NCBI GenBank assembly: GCA_964633995.1
Contig: CAZWKN010000002.1
Location: 5,266-69,265, forward strand
Source of the DNA: an uncultured Gammaproteobacteria bacterium
GTDB lineage: Bacteria; Patescibacteriota; Microgenomatia; CAZETR01; Amesbacteraceae
DNA length: 64,000 bases
Reading direction: 5' to 3'
The translations under genes and the position numbers were made by a program. Within the stretch, counting starts at the first letter, position 1, and each line of letters starts with the position of its first letter. The notes beneath the pieces were generated by a model. It ran no database searches. It was given only the letters and a program-made list of their open reading frames with translations, and was not told where the DNA came from. Positions 55,545 through 64,000 of the stretch are shown here, one piece after another.

Positions 55545-56795
55545 ATGAGAAGATATTTTGCAGTTTGGATAGTGTGTTCTTTGATTTTTTTGATTCATTA
55601 TCGATTTACTGGTCAGGCGGTATACGGTGACGGAATCGATTACTGGGCATATCTACATAGTGTGTATTTTGATAAGGATTTAGATTTTTCGAACGAATAC
55701 CGGCACATCTACAATCCCACTAATAACAATTCTCGTATTGAGACCTTATACGAAACTATTCATAAAACCTGGAAGACAGACAAAGGGTTGACTGACAACC
55801 TTCACCCACCGGGAACGGCGATATTATTGGCGCCGTTTTATATCCTTTCCGACCATGTAGTGCGGGTTCTTAATTTCTTTGGGGCCCATTTGGCAAGAAA
55901 TGGATACTCTGACACCTATCAAATAATCTGTGGGCTGGGGGCAATAGGATATGTCGTTGCTGGTCTCGCATTTATGGAACGGACGCTTCGGATTTTTCAA
56001 TTCGAAAAAAAAACAAGCTTTCTCGCAACTGTGGGGATGTTACTTACCTCTCCACTGCTTTACTACAGCTCAATCGATGTTTTGAATTCACATTTCGCTT
56101 CCTTTTTTTGGGTTTGCGCTTTTTGGGCAATATGGTTATCACCAAAATATAATACAGGGCTATTAGCTGGCCTAATTGCGGGTATGGCCATACTGAGTCG
56201 AAATCAGGAATTTATTTTAATTGTTCCTGTTCTTATCCGGGATCATGGTTTAAAACTTGTTACGTTTTTTATAGGGCTACTTATTGCACTATTGCCCATG
56301 TTTTATACGTGGAGTGTTTTGTATCAATCAATCTTTCACCACACATACTTACATACATTTATTTACAAAGGAATTATTGGTAGTTTGATTCACCCAATAA
56401 ACGGCCTACTTACCAAAACCCCCCTACTGTTGTTTCTTGTGTTTAGCATCCCCCTGGCCTGGAAGAAAGTTGTTGGAAGCTGGAAATACTTATTACTGTT
56501 TGGAATCATACAAATGGTTATTATCACCATTCAGGGCGGATGGGTTGCGGCTGCTTACGGAGGGAGAATGTATATTTCCAGTTTACCTTTGTTTGCTGCA
56601 TTGTTGGCGAATCTTATTCGCATTAAATCGCGTGTTTTTGTAGTCTTGAGCCTGTTTGCGGTTCTTAACGTCTTCAGTATATTGAATTTTGGTTTATTTG
56701 AAAAAGAAAGTGGAAATATGGAGGGAAGAGGGCTGGAAAACTCGACAAGGTATCGTCTGGAGCGATTGTGGACCCGACAGGGCTCGAACCTGTGA
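55545..56795 (+). CDS. polytopic membrane protein, GT-C-like (mannosyltransferase-like)
   Basis: Start moved to the ATG at 55545 just after the upstream stop (GGAAG SD). 416 aa, more than 10 TM helices. The 3' end overlaps tRNA-Val on the opposite strand by 27 nt. Confidence 0.45.
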   Translation: MRRYFAVWIVCSLIFLIHYRFTGQAVYGDGIDYWAYLHSVYFDKDLDFSNEYRHIYNPTNNNSRIETLYETIHKTWKTDKGLTDNLHPPGTAILLAPFYILSDHVVRVLNFFGAHLARNGYSDTYQIICGLGAIGYVVAGLAFMERTLRIFQFEKKTSFLATVGMLLTSPLLYYSSIDVLNSHFASFFWVCAFWAIWLSPKYNTGLLAGLIAGMAILSRNQEFILIVPVLIRDHGLKLVTFFIGLLIALLPMFYTWSVLYQSIFHHTYLHTFIYKGIIGSLIHPINGLLTKTPLLLFLVFSIPLAWKKVVGSWKYLLLFGIIQMVIITIQGGWVAAAYGGRMYISSLPLFAALLANLIRIKSRVFVVLSLFAVLNVFSILNFGLFEKESGNMEGRGLENSTRYRLERLWTRQGSNL

Positions 56796-56840
56796 CCCCA
56801 CGCATGTGAAGCGTGTGCTCTACCACTGAGCTACGGATCC
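56769..56840 (-). tRNA. tRNA-Val (CAC)
   Basis: Reverse complement GGATCCGTAGCTCAGTGGTAGAGCACACGCTTCACATGCGTGGGGTCACAGGTTCGAGCCCTGTCGGGTCCA. Anticodon loop TTCACAT. CCA not encoded. Canonical TTCGAGC T-loop. Confidence 0.8.
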
Positions 56841-56887
56841 TTTTGATCTAAATTGTAGACAAATTTTATCATAAGCTTCATAATGAC

Positions 56888-57445
56888 TTGATGCGACGAG
56901 GAAGTATTGCGATCTTAGATGCTTTGGAACCAGTGGTAGTAGCTTTTGCCATCTTTATGATGGTTTACTTGTTTCTATTTCAACCTCACAAGGTTGACGG
57001 AAGGTCAATGTATCCTAATTTTTACGATAAGGAATATATATTGACCGATAAAGTTAGTTATCAGCGAGGCGATCCACGCAGGGGCGATGTGGTCGTTTTC
57101 CATGCTCCACCGCCTTATGACAGTGATTTTATCAAGCGAATCATAGGCATGCCCGGGGAGTCGATAATGGTTAAGGGTGGAAAGATATTTTTGAATGGTA
57201 GTATGTTGGACGAAGAGTACCTACCGGGTGATTATGTTACAACTGAAAAATCATTTTTAAGAGAGGGCGTTCCGTATACTATCCCCATAGGTTACTACAT
57301 GGTTTTTGGAGACAACAGAAGCTTTAGTTCAGACTCCAGAGAATGGGGCCCTATTTCACGTAAGTCAATTGTAGGGAAAGCCTGGATTAGATATTGGCCA
57401 ATAAACCGAATCGGAATAACTCCACACCAAACGTATACTAATTAG
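56888..57445 (+). CDS. lepB: signal peptidase I
   Basis: Catalytic Ser box GRSMYPNF. Box D/E YMVFGDNRSFSSDSREWGPI. 185 aa. Confidence 0.8.
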   Translation: MMRRGSIAILDALEPVVVAFAIFMMVYLFLFQPHKVDGRSMYPNFYDKEYILTDKVSYQRGDPRRGDVVVFHAPPPYDSDFIKRIIGMPGESIMVKGGKIFLNGSMLDEEYLPGDYVTTEKSFLREGVPYTIPIGYYMVFGDNRSFSSDSREWGPISRKSIVGKAWIRYWPINRIGITPHQTYTN

Positions 57446-58269
57446 TTGGCAACTGATTTGAATATCTTTTGCAACCGACCCTCTGTATCTTCGAGATTTC
57501 CCTTGAGGATGAAGGTAAGTCTGGTTTCGGCACGCGACCTAGACAAACGTACAATCGAACCGGCGGATTTTCCACCCAACCCCTCCTCCATTTTTTGCCG
57601 TAAATTGTCTATGGCCTCACTTACTTCATGTGCAGGCCTGAAACCAACAGTCTTAGGTTTATTTCCTATCTGGCTGCGCATTTTTCTGGCAAGCTCTTCG
57701 GCCCGCCGTACAGAACCAGACTCGCGAAGAATTATCTTGTAAGCCTCTACTATCAGTTTGGGATCTTCGATGGCCGCTAGAGCCCTTGCATGACCTTCTG
57801 AAATCAAGCCAGTAAGTAATCCATCTTTTAGGGCATCGGGTAGGCTTAGAAGCCGAAGTGAATTACTAATATAGGCAGGACTTTTGCTTATTCGTTGAGA
57901 AATTTCACTATTTGACAGACCAAACTCACTAATCAGCCTCTCAAAGGCCTTGGCTCGATCGATAGAATTTAAGTCGGTTCTTTGAACATTTTCTACGATG
58001 GCCATTTCCAACATCCCTTGGGGAGTTGTCTCTTTTATTATCGCCGGAACCATTTTTATCCCTGCTAGTTTTGAAGCCCTCCATCGGCGTTCACCTGCAA
58101 TGATTTGATACCCAGCCGGAGTTTTAGCTACCACCAAGGGCTCTAATATTCCGTGCTCTCGAATTGAATCCACTAAGTCTACAAGTGATTCTGGGGTAAT
58201 TATCCCTCGCGGCTGAAGTGGATTTGGCTGAAGGGAATCAATTTCTAAGTCAACTATTTGTTGAATCAT
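57442..58269 (-). CDS. parB: chromosome partitioning protein ParB/Spo0J
   Basis: LQPNPLQPRG, GILEPLVV, YQIIAGERRWRASKLAG (ParB box). 275 aa. Confidence 0.85.
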   Translation of the reverse strand: MIQQIVDLEIDSLQPNPLQPRGIITPESLVDLVDSIREHGILEPLVVAKTPAGYQIIAGERRWRASKLAGIKMVPAIIKETTPQGMLEMAIVENVQRTDLNSIDRAKAFERLISEFGLSNSEISQRISKSPAYISNSLRLLSLPDALKDGLLTGLISEGHARALAAIEDPKLIVEAYKIILRESGSVRRAEELARKMRSQIGNKPKTVGFRPAHEVSEAIDNLRQKMEEGLGGKSAGSIVRLSRSRAETRLTFILKGNLEDTEGRLQKIFKSVAN

Positions 58270-58514
58270 TACTTTACCGCAATAAGCATCCGGCCAAGAC
58301 GTTTAACAAACTCTACGGTGCCATTCTTAATCGCGTACAAAGTGAAATCTTTACCAGTTTTTACCCCAGGACCAGCATGATACGTACTTCCACGCTGTCT
58401 GACGATAATGTTTCCAGAAACTACTTTTTGCCCACCATAAACCTTTACACCGAGACGTTTGCCCCTACGATTACCTTTTTGCCTTGTGCTTCCACCAGCT
58501 TTTGTATGTGCCAT
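58269..58514 (-). CDS. rpmA: 50S ribosomal protein L27
   Basis: [29 protein letters not shown]. 81 aa. Confidence 0.9.
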   Translation of the reverse strand: MAHTKAGGSTRQKGNRRGKRLGVKVYGGQKVVSGNIIVRQRGSTYHAGPGVKTGKDFTLYAIKNGTVEFVKRLGRMLIAVK

Positions 58515-58554
58515 ATGTTGTTATATTTAATTATAAGTTTTCACGAATGTCAAG

Positions 58555-58920
58555 TTACTTTACACGAGTCTTTTTGCTTGTAGTTTTTTGAGGTTGCTGA
58601 TCCGCTTGTTTTTCAGTCGTAATAGTATTTATTCTTAACCTAGTTAATTGAGGTCTAAAACCTATAGTTTTTCGGTACCTACTTTTGGCTTTAAATTTCG
58701 AGACGGCAAGTTTCTTGCCTTTAATGTTTGCCAAAATTGTGGCTGAAATCGCTGCGTTTGGAACGGTGGGTTGCCCAACCAAGGTTTGGCTCTCGGAGAC
58801 GATAAGCAATATTTGATCCAACGTTATCTCTGGGCTAGATGCCGGAAGTCGGTCAACAACGATTTCTTCGCCTGGGCTGACCAAATACTGACTTGACCCT
58901 ATCTTTACAACAGCTTGCAT
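58555..58920 (-). CDS. rplU: 50S ribosomal protein L21
   Basis: MQAVVKIGSSQYLVSPGEEIVVDRL. 121 aa with a basic C-terminal extension. Immediately upstream of rpmA. Confidence 0.85.
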   Translation of the reverse strand: MQAVVKIGSSQYLVSPGEEIVVDRLPASSPEITLDQILLIVSESQTLVGQPTVPNAAISATILANIKGKKLAVSKFKAKSRYRKTIGFRPQLTRLRINTITTEKQADQQPQKTTSKKTRVK

Positions 58921-58938
58921 AGTTTGGATATTATAACA

Positions 58939-60000
58939 TTAGTGAATTTGGATGGAAAGATGGCGCTGGTTCTGAGAGATTGAATTGATTATGCCCATTA
59001 AAATACCCAATGACAGGAGCGATGATCCTCCGTACGATAAAAAGGGGAGGGTGATACCTGTAATTGGAACCACCCCAACATTCATACCCATATTTACAAA
59101 AGCTTGAAAACCAAGCATGGCCATTGAAGCCAGACAGTACAAGGTGGCAGTACGACCACTACAACGCTGCGAAATAGTAAAAATCTTATATAACAACAGG
59201 GTGATCAAAACAATAGTTAAGGAGGTCCCAACAAATCCCAATTCTTCGGCCAGGGAGGCAAAAATAAAATCTGTGTGATGCTCTGGAAGAAATCGGAGTT
59301 GAGACTGAGTCCCCTGGCCTAGGCCCTTTCCAGTTAAACCGCCTGATCCGGTAGCTATGATCGACTGAATTACATGATATCCCCTTCCAAGTGGATCTGA
59401 ATATGGATTGATAAAGGTCATTATTCGCTCTTTTTGGTAAGTCTTGAGACCAAAATTGTAAAAAGGAAATACCAAAAGCATCAGACCCAAAGCACTTAAT
59501 ATTACGGTTTTTAGCCTTAATTGATACAATAAGGTGGCCGCCCAGCCTGCTGCTAGTACCAAAGCAGATCCTAAGTCGGGTTGATTAAAAATGAGAAAAA
59601 TTGGAATGAACCCCAAACTCAAAGTAATTAATGTCTTATGTTTATAGTCAGAAGTGGCTATTACGGCAAAAAAAGCGATTAAAAATGGCTTGACGAGCTC
59701 TGATGGTTGAAGTGTTAGTTGGCCTATTTGTATCCACCGCAAGGCTCCCCTGCTTGCCAAACCAAAAACAGCAGGGGTTAGTAAGAATATATTTGACAGT
59801 ACGTAGATCGGCGCGTGAAGAGCAAATATAACCTGATAGTCTAGTGATGAAAACAATAAAAAAGCACTAGCTGAAATCCCAATAAAGACTGCTTGATAGA
59901 TGGTTAACTGAGGAGCGACACTGCGAATAATCGTAAGACCTAGCATTAGTAAGAGAATGATAGGGAGTACGAAAGACCATTCAAACTTTGGTCGAAACAT
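58939..60000 (-). CDS. ftsW: SEDS family cell-division/elongation protein (FtsW/RodA)
   Basis: 353 aa, 10 TM helices, conserved NQPDLGSA and GLTGKGLGQG motifs. Confidence 0.75.
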   Translation of the reverse strand: MFRPKFEWSFVLPIILLLMLGLTIIRSVAPQLTIYQAVFIGISASAFLLFSSLDYQVIFALHAPIYVLSNIFLLTPAVFGLASRGALRWIQIGQLTLQPSELVKPFLIAFFAVIATSDYKHKTLITLSLGFIPIFLIFNQPDLGSALVLAAGWAATLLYQLRLKTVILSALGLMLLVFPFYNFGLKTYQKERIMTFINPYSDPLGRGYHVIQSIIATGSGGLTGKGLGQGTQSQLRFLPEHHTDFIFASLAEELGFVGTSLTIVLITLLLYKIFTISQRCSGRTATLYCLASMAMLGFQAFVNMGMNVGVVPITGITLPFLSYGGSSLLSLGILMGIINSISQNQRHLSIQIH

Positions 60001-60001
60001 A

Positions 60002-62842
60002 TTAAAGTAAATCCAAAGCTAGGGTGTCACCGGGTTTTATGTTCTTTGCTAGGGTATGGCGTTTTAAGTAGTCTATTAGTTTGGAGTTTTGTGGAAGGTA
60101 TGGAGAACTAATTGAAACAAACTGGTCAGTTTTCGCGCCCATTGATTTGCGCAATTCTTGAATATCTCTAATCAGATCACGTGTTTTTCCCTCCTCAACC
60201 AACTCTGGAGTAAGTTCCGAATTAAATTGAACCGAAAACTCTTCTGCCTTGGTCCAATGAATGTTTTTTACGTTGAGTTCATCTAGTATCAACTCAAGCA
60301 AGTCGTGGTCCTCCAAACTCCAAGGTGCCTTGATGGTAATTTCGGAAAGAGGTTGTCTTACTTTTAGGTTAAGTGACTTGCGTTGAGATAGACCGGCTTC
60401 GGTAATTTTTCTTACTAATTTCATTTGCTCAATTATTAATTTGTCGCCTTTAGTAATCTTTTTAGCGACTGGCCAGCTTGAGAGATGAACAGATTCCAGT
60501 TGGGAAATATTTTTAAATATTTCTTCAGAAATAAATGGGGTAAACGGCGCTAGAAGTTTGGATAGCGTAACAAGAACACTATATAGAGTATCAAAACAAA
60601 CCATTTTATCTTTCATGTTTTCAGCGGAGGGTCCAACTCTGTCTCTAGATCTTCGCACATACCAAAGTGACAAGTCTGATACCAATTCCTCGATTGATTT
60701 ACTAGATGTGTATGGGTCAAATTTGTTTAACGCAGTTGTGGTATTCAAAACTGTCTGATTTAGGCGGGCGAGAATCCACCTATCTAGACTTGTAAGTGCT
60801 TGTCTGCTTGTGATTTGTTTGGGCGAGTAACCATCAATATTCGCATACGTAACAAAAAAATTATATACATTCCAGAGAATCAGGTGAAATTTTCTGCGGG
60901 TTTCATCGGCCAATTTATATCCAAAAAGCATGTTGTCGTTGGGGTTGTGAGTAACAAACATCCATCTCATTACATCAGACCCAATTTTATCTGCACCTTC
61001 ATTAAACTCTATCGAGTTCCCCCACGACTTGTGCATAGGCCTACCATCTTCGGCAAGAAGTGAGGCGTAACCCAAAACAGTTTTGAATGGGTTTGTTTTG
61101 GACAAAACAGTACTCATAGCTATCATGGAATAAAACCAATTTTTAAATTGACCTGGAAATGATTCGGTAATGAAATCTGCGGGAAACCAACCTGCTGGTA
61201 GTGTCGAAAATGGGACTATACCCGCGTCCAACCACACATTTCCTACGTCTTCAATTCTCGAAACTTGATTCTTACAATTTGAACATAATATTTTTACGTT
61301 ATCCACCCAAGGCTTGTGTGGGGAATTTCCTAAGAATTCGGACCAACCTGCTATGGCGCGCTTTTCCAGCTCTTGTTTTCCGCCAATAACCTCAAAGTGG
61401 TGACAATTGGAACATTCATAAATAGGGAGTGCGAGGCCCCAGTATCGATTTTTTTTAGATATAAGCCAATCGTGCATATTTTTCAACCAATCAAGTTCCC
61501 TTTCTAAACCAAATGCTGGTAGCCATTTTATTTTTTTTGCAACCTTGATCATTTGTTTGCGTAAGCTCAGTCCGCTCGAATCTGGTATGTCCATGGCTAT
61601 GTACCACTCATCAGCTATTTTCCAAACTAACTCGGTTTTACAACGCCAACATGCAGGATATCTGTGGGTATAATTTTCTATCCTAAGTGACCAACCGCCT
61701 GAAACCAGATAATCTAGAATAATTTCGGGGTGTTTTTTTGCATTTTGTCCCGTAAGATCTCCTAAATCAGAGAGATAGTCGGCGTTGTCAGCAATGATTG
61801 GTATCATTGGCAAACCCAACTTTTTTCCTAATTTAAAATCTTCTATTCCCGCCGAAACAGCAGTATGAACTAGTCCGGTACCATCGGTGGTGGTAATGGG
61901 CAAGATGCGGGAATCCGTAGCGACAACTACATGGAAATTTTTGTGTGAGGCAATGTCCTTAACACGAGCCAAGTGGTCATATGGCCCGGTATATCTTAGG
62001 CCAACCAATTTTTTTCCAGGGACAGTTTTTGCGATAACCGCCTTTTCTCCAAATACTCTTGTCACCGCATCGGTCGCAATCCAACAATTTTCTACCAATG
62101 AATAATTTATTTTTGAGTCGACTGCTACGGCTATATTTGCCGGAATGGTCCATGGAGTAGTGGTCCAAATCAACAGAAATTCATCCTTTCGACCGGAAAT
62201 GGGAAATTTAAGAAAAACTGATTTATGGGTAAGTTCTTTATAGTCTTCAGTAAGCATTTCGTGTTGAGAAATTGCGGTTTCACAACGAGGACACCAAGGT
62301 ACTGAGTCGTGACCTTTATACAACCATCCCCTCTGCCAACAAACTTTGAGAAAATTCCAAATGGCGTAATTATTTTCGTCTGACATGGTGTAATACGAGT
62401 TGTCCCAATCCATAAAATTACCCAAGCGTTTAGACTGCTCTGTTTGAATAGAAGAATACTTAATGACACGTTCTTTACATTTGTTAATAAAATTTGCTAC
62501 CCCGTAATTTTCGATATCTTTTTTTGACTTAAAGCCAAGCTCCTTTTCTACTTCTACTTCAACCCATAGGCCCTGACAGTCAAATCCATTCTGGTACCTT
62601 CCCGCGTCTCCTTTCAGAGTGTGATATCTCTGCCAAAGATCCTTATATGTCCGACCCCAAGCATGGTGCACCCCCATGGGATTGTTGGCAGTAATAGGAC
62701 CATCTTGAAAAGAAAATTTTGTGTTGGAGTCTTTGTTTTTTTCTAGATATTTTTTCGCTATTCCAGAACCATACCACCACGCCAACAGCTCTTTCTCCAT
62801 TTCCGGAAAGTTTATTTGGGGGTTGACCGGCCTAAATGACAT
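60002..62842 (-). CDS. ileS: isoleucine--tRNA ligase
   Basis: HIGH-region PITANNPMGVHHAWGRTYKD. Editing and anticodon-binding regions present. KMSKS-like PMHKSWGNS. 946 aa. Confidence 0.9.
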   Translation of the reverse strand: MSFRPVNPQINFPEMEKELLAWWYGSGIAKKYLEKNKDSNTKFSFQDGPITANNPMGVHHAWGRTYKDLWQRYHTLKGDAGRYQNGFDCQGLWVEVEVEKELGFKSKKDIENYGVANFINKCKERVIKYSSIQTEQSKRLGNFMDWDNSYYTMSDENNYAIWNFLKVCWQRGWLYKGHDSVPWCPRCETAISQHEMLTEDYKELTHKSVFLKFPISGRKDEFLLIWTTTPWTIPANIAVAVDSKINYSLVENCWIATDAVTRVFGEKAVIAKTVPGKKLVGLRYTGPYDHLARVKDIASHKNFHVVVATDSRILPITTTDGTGLVHTAVSAGIEDFKLGKKLGLPMIPIIADNADYLSDLGDLTGQNAKKHPEIILDYLVSGGWSLRIENYTHRYPACWRCKTELVWKIADEWYIAMDIPDSSGLSLRKQMIKVAKKIKWLPAFGLERELDWLKNMHDWLISKKNRYWGLALPIYECSNCHHFEVIGGKQELEKRAIAGWSEFLGNSPHKPWVDNVKILCSNCKNQVSRIEDVGNVWLDAGIVPFSTLPAGWFPADFITESFPGQFKNWFYSMIAMSTVLSKTNPFKTVLGYASLLAEDGRPMHKSWGNSIEFNEGADKIGSDVMRWMFVTHNPNDNMLFGYKLADETRRKFHLILWNVYNFFVTYANIDGYSPKQITSRQALTSLDRWILARLNQTVLNTTTALNKFDPYTSSKSIEELVSDLSLWYVRRSRDRVGPSAENMKDKMVCFDTLYSVLVTLSKLLAPFTPFISEEIFKNISQLESVHLSSWPVAKKITKGDKLIIEQMKLVRKITEAGLSQRKSLNLKVRQPLSEITIKAPWSLEDHDLLELILDELNVKNIHWTKAEEFSVQFNSELTPELVEEGKTRDLIRDIQELRKSMGAKTDQFVSISSPYLPQNSKLIDYLKRHTLAKNIKPGDTLALDLL

Positions 62843-62863
62843 GAAGCTATTCTAGCACAAGGA

Positions 62864-64000
62864 CTATCGACCCTGTCTTAAAAATGCTGGAATGTCGTAG
62901 TCATCTTCCTGTGGCTTATCTTCATTTTGAACTGGAGGTTGAACAGTCTGGGGCTGGGGATTAGATTGGAATTGACCGAGCTCCTCCTTCATTTCAACTT
63001 TTTCGGTATATGTTTTAGGTTTTTCGCTTACTAAGCCCGTAGAAACCTGGCTGCCTGAATGCACTGGGCGATTTGTTCTTGTCATCATGCTGGCAAGCCT
63101 AGATCTTGTTTCATCAAACCCGGTAGCGATAACGGTAATTTTCATCTGATCGATTAACTTATCATTGATTGCTGAACCAAAAATTATATTTGCGTCGGCG
63201 TCTGCAGCTTCGGCAATTATTTTTGCCGCCTCGTCTACCTCTGACATGGTCATGTCAGGACCTCCAGTTATATTAAACAAAACCCCCTTTGCGCCCTCAA
63301 TTGAAACCTCAAGAAGTGGCGAAGAAACAGCTGCTCTAGCAGCCATCTGGGCTCTATTGTCTCCGACCCCGGTTCCAATACCCATTAACGCAGAACCAGC
63401 ATCTTTCATTATGGTCTTAACATCGGCAAAATCGACATTAATAAGCCCCGGAACAGTAATGATATCCGAAATACCCTGAACGCCCTGTGTAAGGACTGAA
63501 TCTGCTACCCTAAATGCCTCTAGCAATGTCATCTTTCGATCGACAACATCGAGTAGCCTTTGATTGGGAATAACTATGAGAGTGTCTACTTTTGTTTTTA
63601 ACTTTTCTATGCCATCTTCGGCGTTTACTAATCGCCTTGTCCCCTCGAAGGCAAATGGCTTGGTGACAATAGCTACTGTAAGTGCGCCTTGTTCTTTTGC
63701 TATTTCGGCTATAACTGGCGCTGCGCCGGTCCCAGTACCTCCGCCCATACCCGCTGTGATAAAAACCATGTCTGAATCTATCAAATATTCCTTGATTTTT
63801 TCTCTTGATTCTTCGGCTGCTTGTCCACCAATATCCGGATTTCCACCTGATCCTAGCCCACGAGTAAGATTATCCCCTATTTGCAGCTTGGTCTGTGCGA
63901 GATTTGTTAGAAGAACTTGGGCATCTGTATTGACAGCAATGAAGTCGACTCCACTGATATTATTGCTCCCAATCATCGAGTTGAGGGCATTGCCCCCACC
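62864..64000 (-). CDS. ftsZ: cell division protein FtsZ (5' end beyond window edge)
   Basis: [14 protein letters not shown] tubulin signature. The reading frame continues to the window end ([11 protein letters not shown]...), so the N-terminus is truncated by the window. Confidence 0.9.
   Translation of the reverse strand, partial: GGGNALNSMIGSNNISGVDFIAVNTDAQVLLTNLAQTKLQIGDNLTRGLGSGGNPDIGGQAAEESREKIKEYLIDSDMVFITAGMGGGTGTGAAPVIAEIAKEQGALTVAIVTKPFAFEGTRRLVNAEDGIEKLKTKVDTLIVIPNQRLLDVVDRKMTLLEAFRVADSVLTQGVQGISDIITVPGLINVDFADVKTIMKDAGSALMGIGTGVGDNRAQMAARAAVSSPLLEVSIEGAKGVLFNITGGPDMTMSEVDEAAKIIAEAADADANIIFGSAINDKLIDQMKITVIATGFDETRSRLASMMTRTNRPVHSGSQVSTGLVSEKPKTYTEKVEMKEELGQFQSNPQPQTVQPPVQNEDKPQEDDYDIPAFLRQGR

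Noticed and set aside
60558-62469. ORFs antisense within ileS
   Set aside because: They are embedded in a high-confidence gene.
1-64000. Search for CRISPR arrays, rRNA genes, and integrase/recombinase genes marking an integrated element
   Set aside because: No regularly spaced direct repeats were seen, and no rRNA-like or tyrosine/serine recombinase ORFs. The only mobile-element signature seen is the REP-RAYT unit.

Overview
This is a low-GC bacterial chromosomal window with small, tightly packed and often overlapping genes. I infer a Patescibacteria/CPR-like organism from the gene content and the abundance of GT-C/PMT-type membrane glycosyltransferases. I call about 65 protein-coding genes and 4 tRNAs (Asp-GTC, Gly-CCC, Thr-CGT, Val-CAC).

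Housekeeping genes include zwf, rplS, dnaE and polX, plus lepB, parB, rpmA, rplU, ftsW and ileS. ftsZ is also present but its 5' end runs past the window edge. There is a long minus-strand operon-like array lemA-htpX-(beta-CASP RNase)-gatC-gatA-(MFS)-gatB.

Accessory content includes:
- A REP-RAYT unit: an IS200-like Y1/HUH transposase bracketed by inverted copies of a ~40-nt palindromic REP element. Two more REP copies lie elsewhere in the window, one abutting a truncated dehydrogenase gene.
- A giant secreted multidomain protein (DNRLRE-like / LamG / Pro-Thr linker / Ig-like) followed by three consecutive GT-C (PMT/ArnT-like) membrane glycosyltransferases.
- A Wzx/Wzy-type glycan cluster (2x GT2, flippase, ligase-like, a frameshifted GT4, methyltransferase).
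- A secreted Kelch-propeller/LCAT-like lipase fusion with a Pro-Thr linker.
- An ~11-kb tRNA-bounded block rich in nucleotide-directed hydrolases (Nudix x2, UDG-like, isochorismatase, HIT, MazG-like, HD/SpoT-like, Cas4-like PD-(D/E)XK nuclease). It also carries a decayed duplicate of the UDG gene's 3' end.

No CRISPR array or rRNA was seen. All calls come from reading the sequence and ORF translations. No database searches were run.
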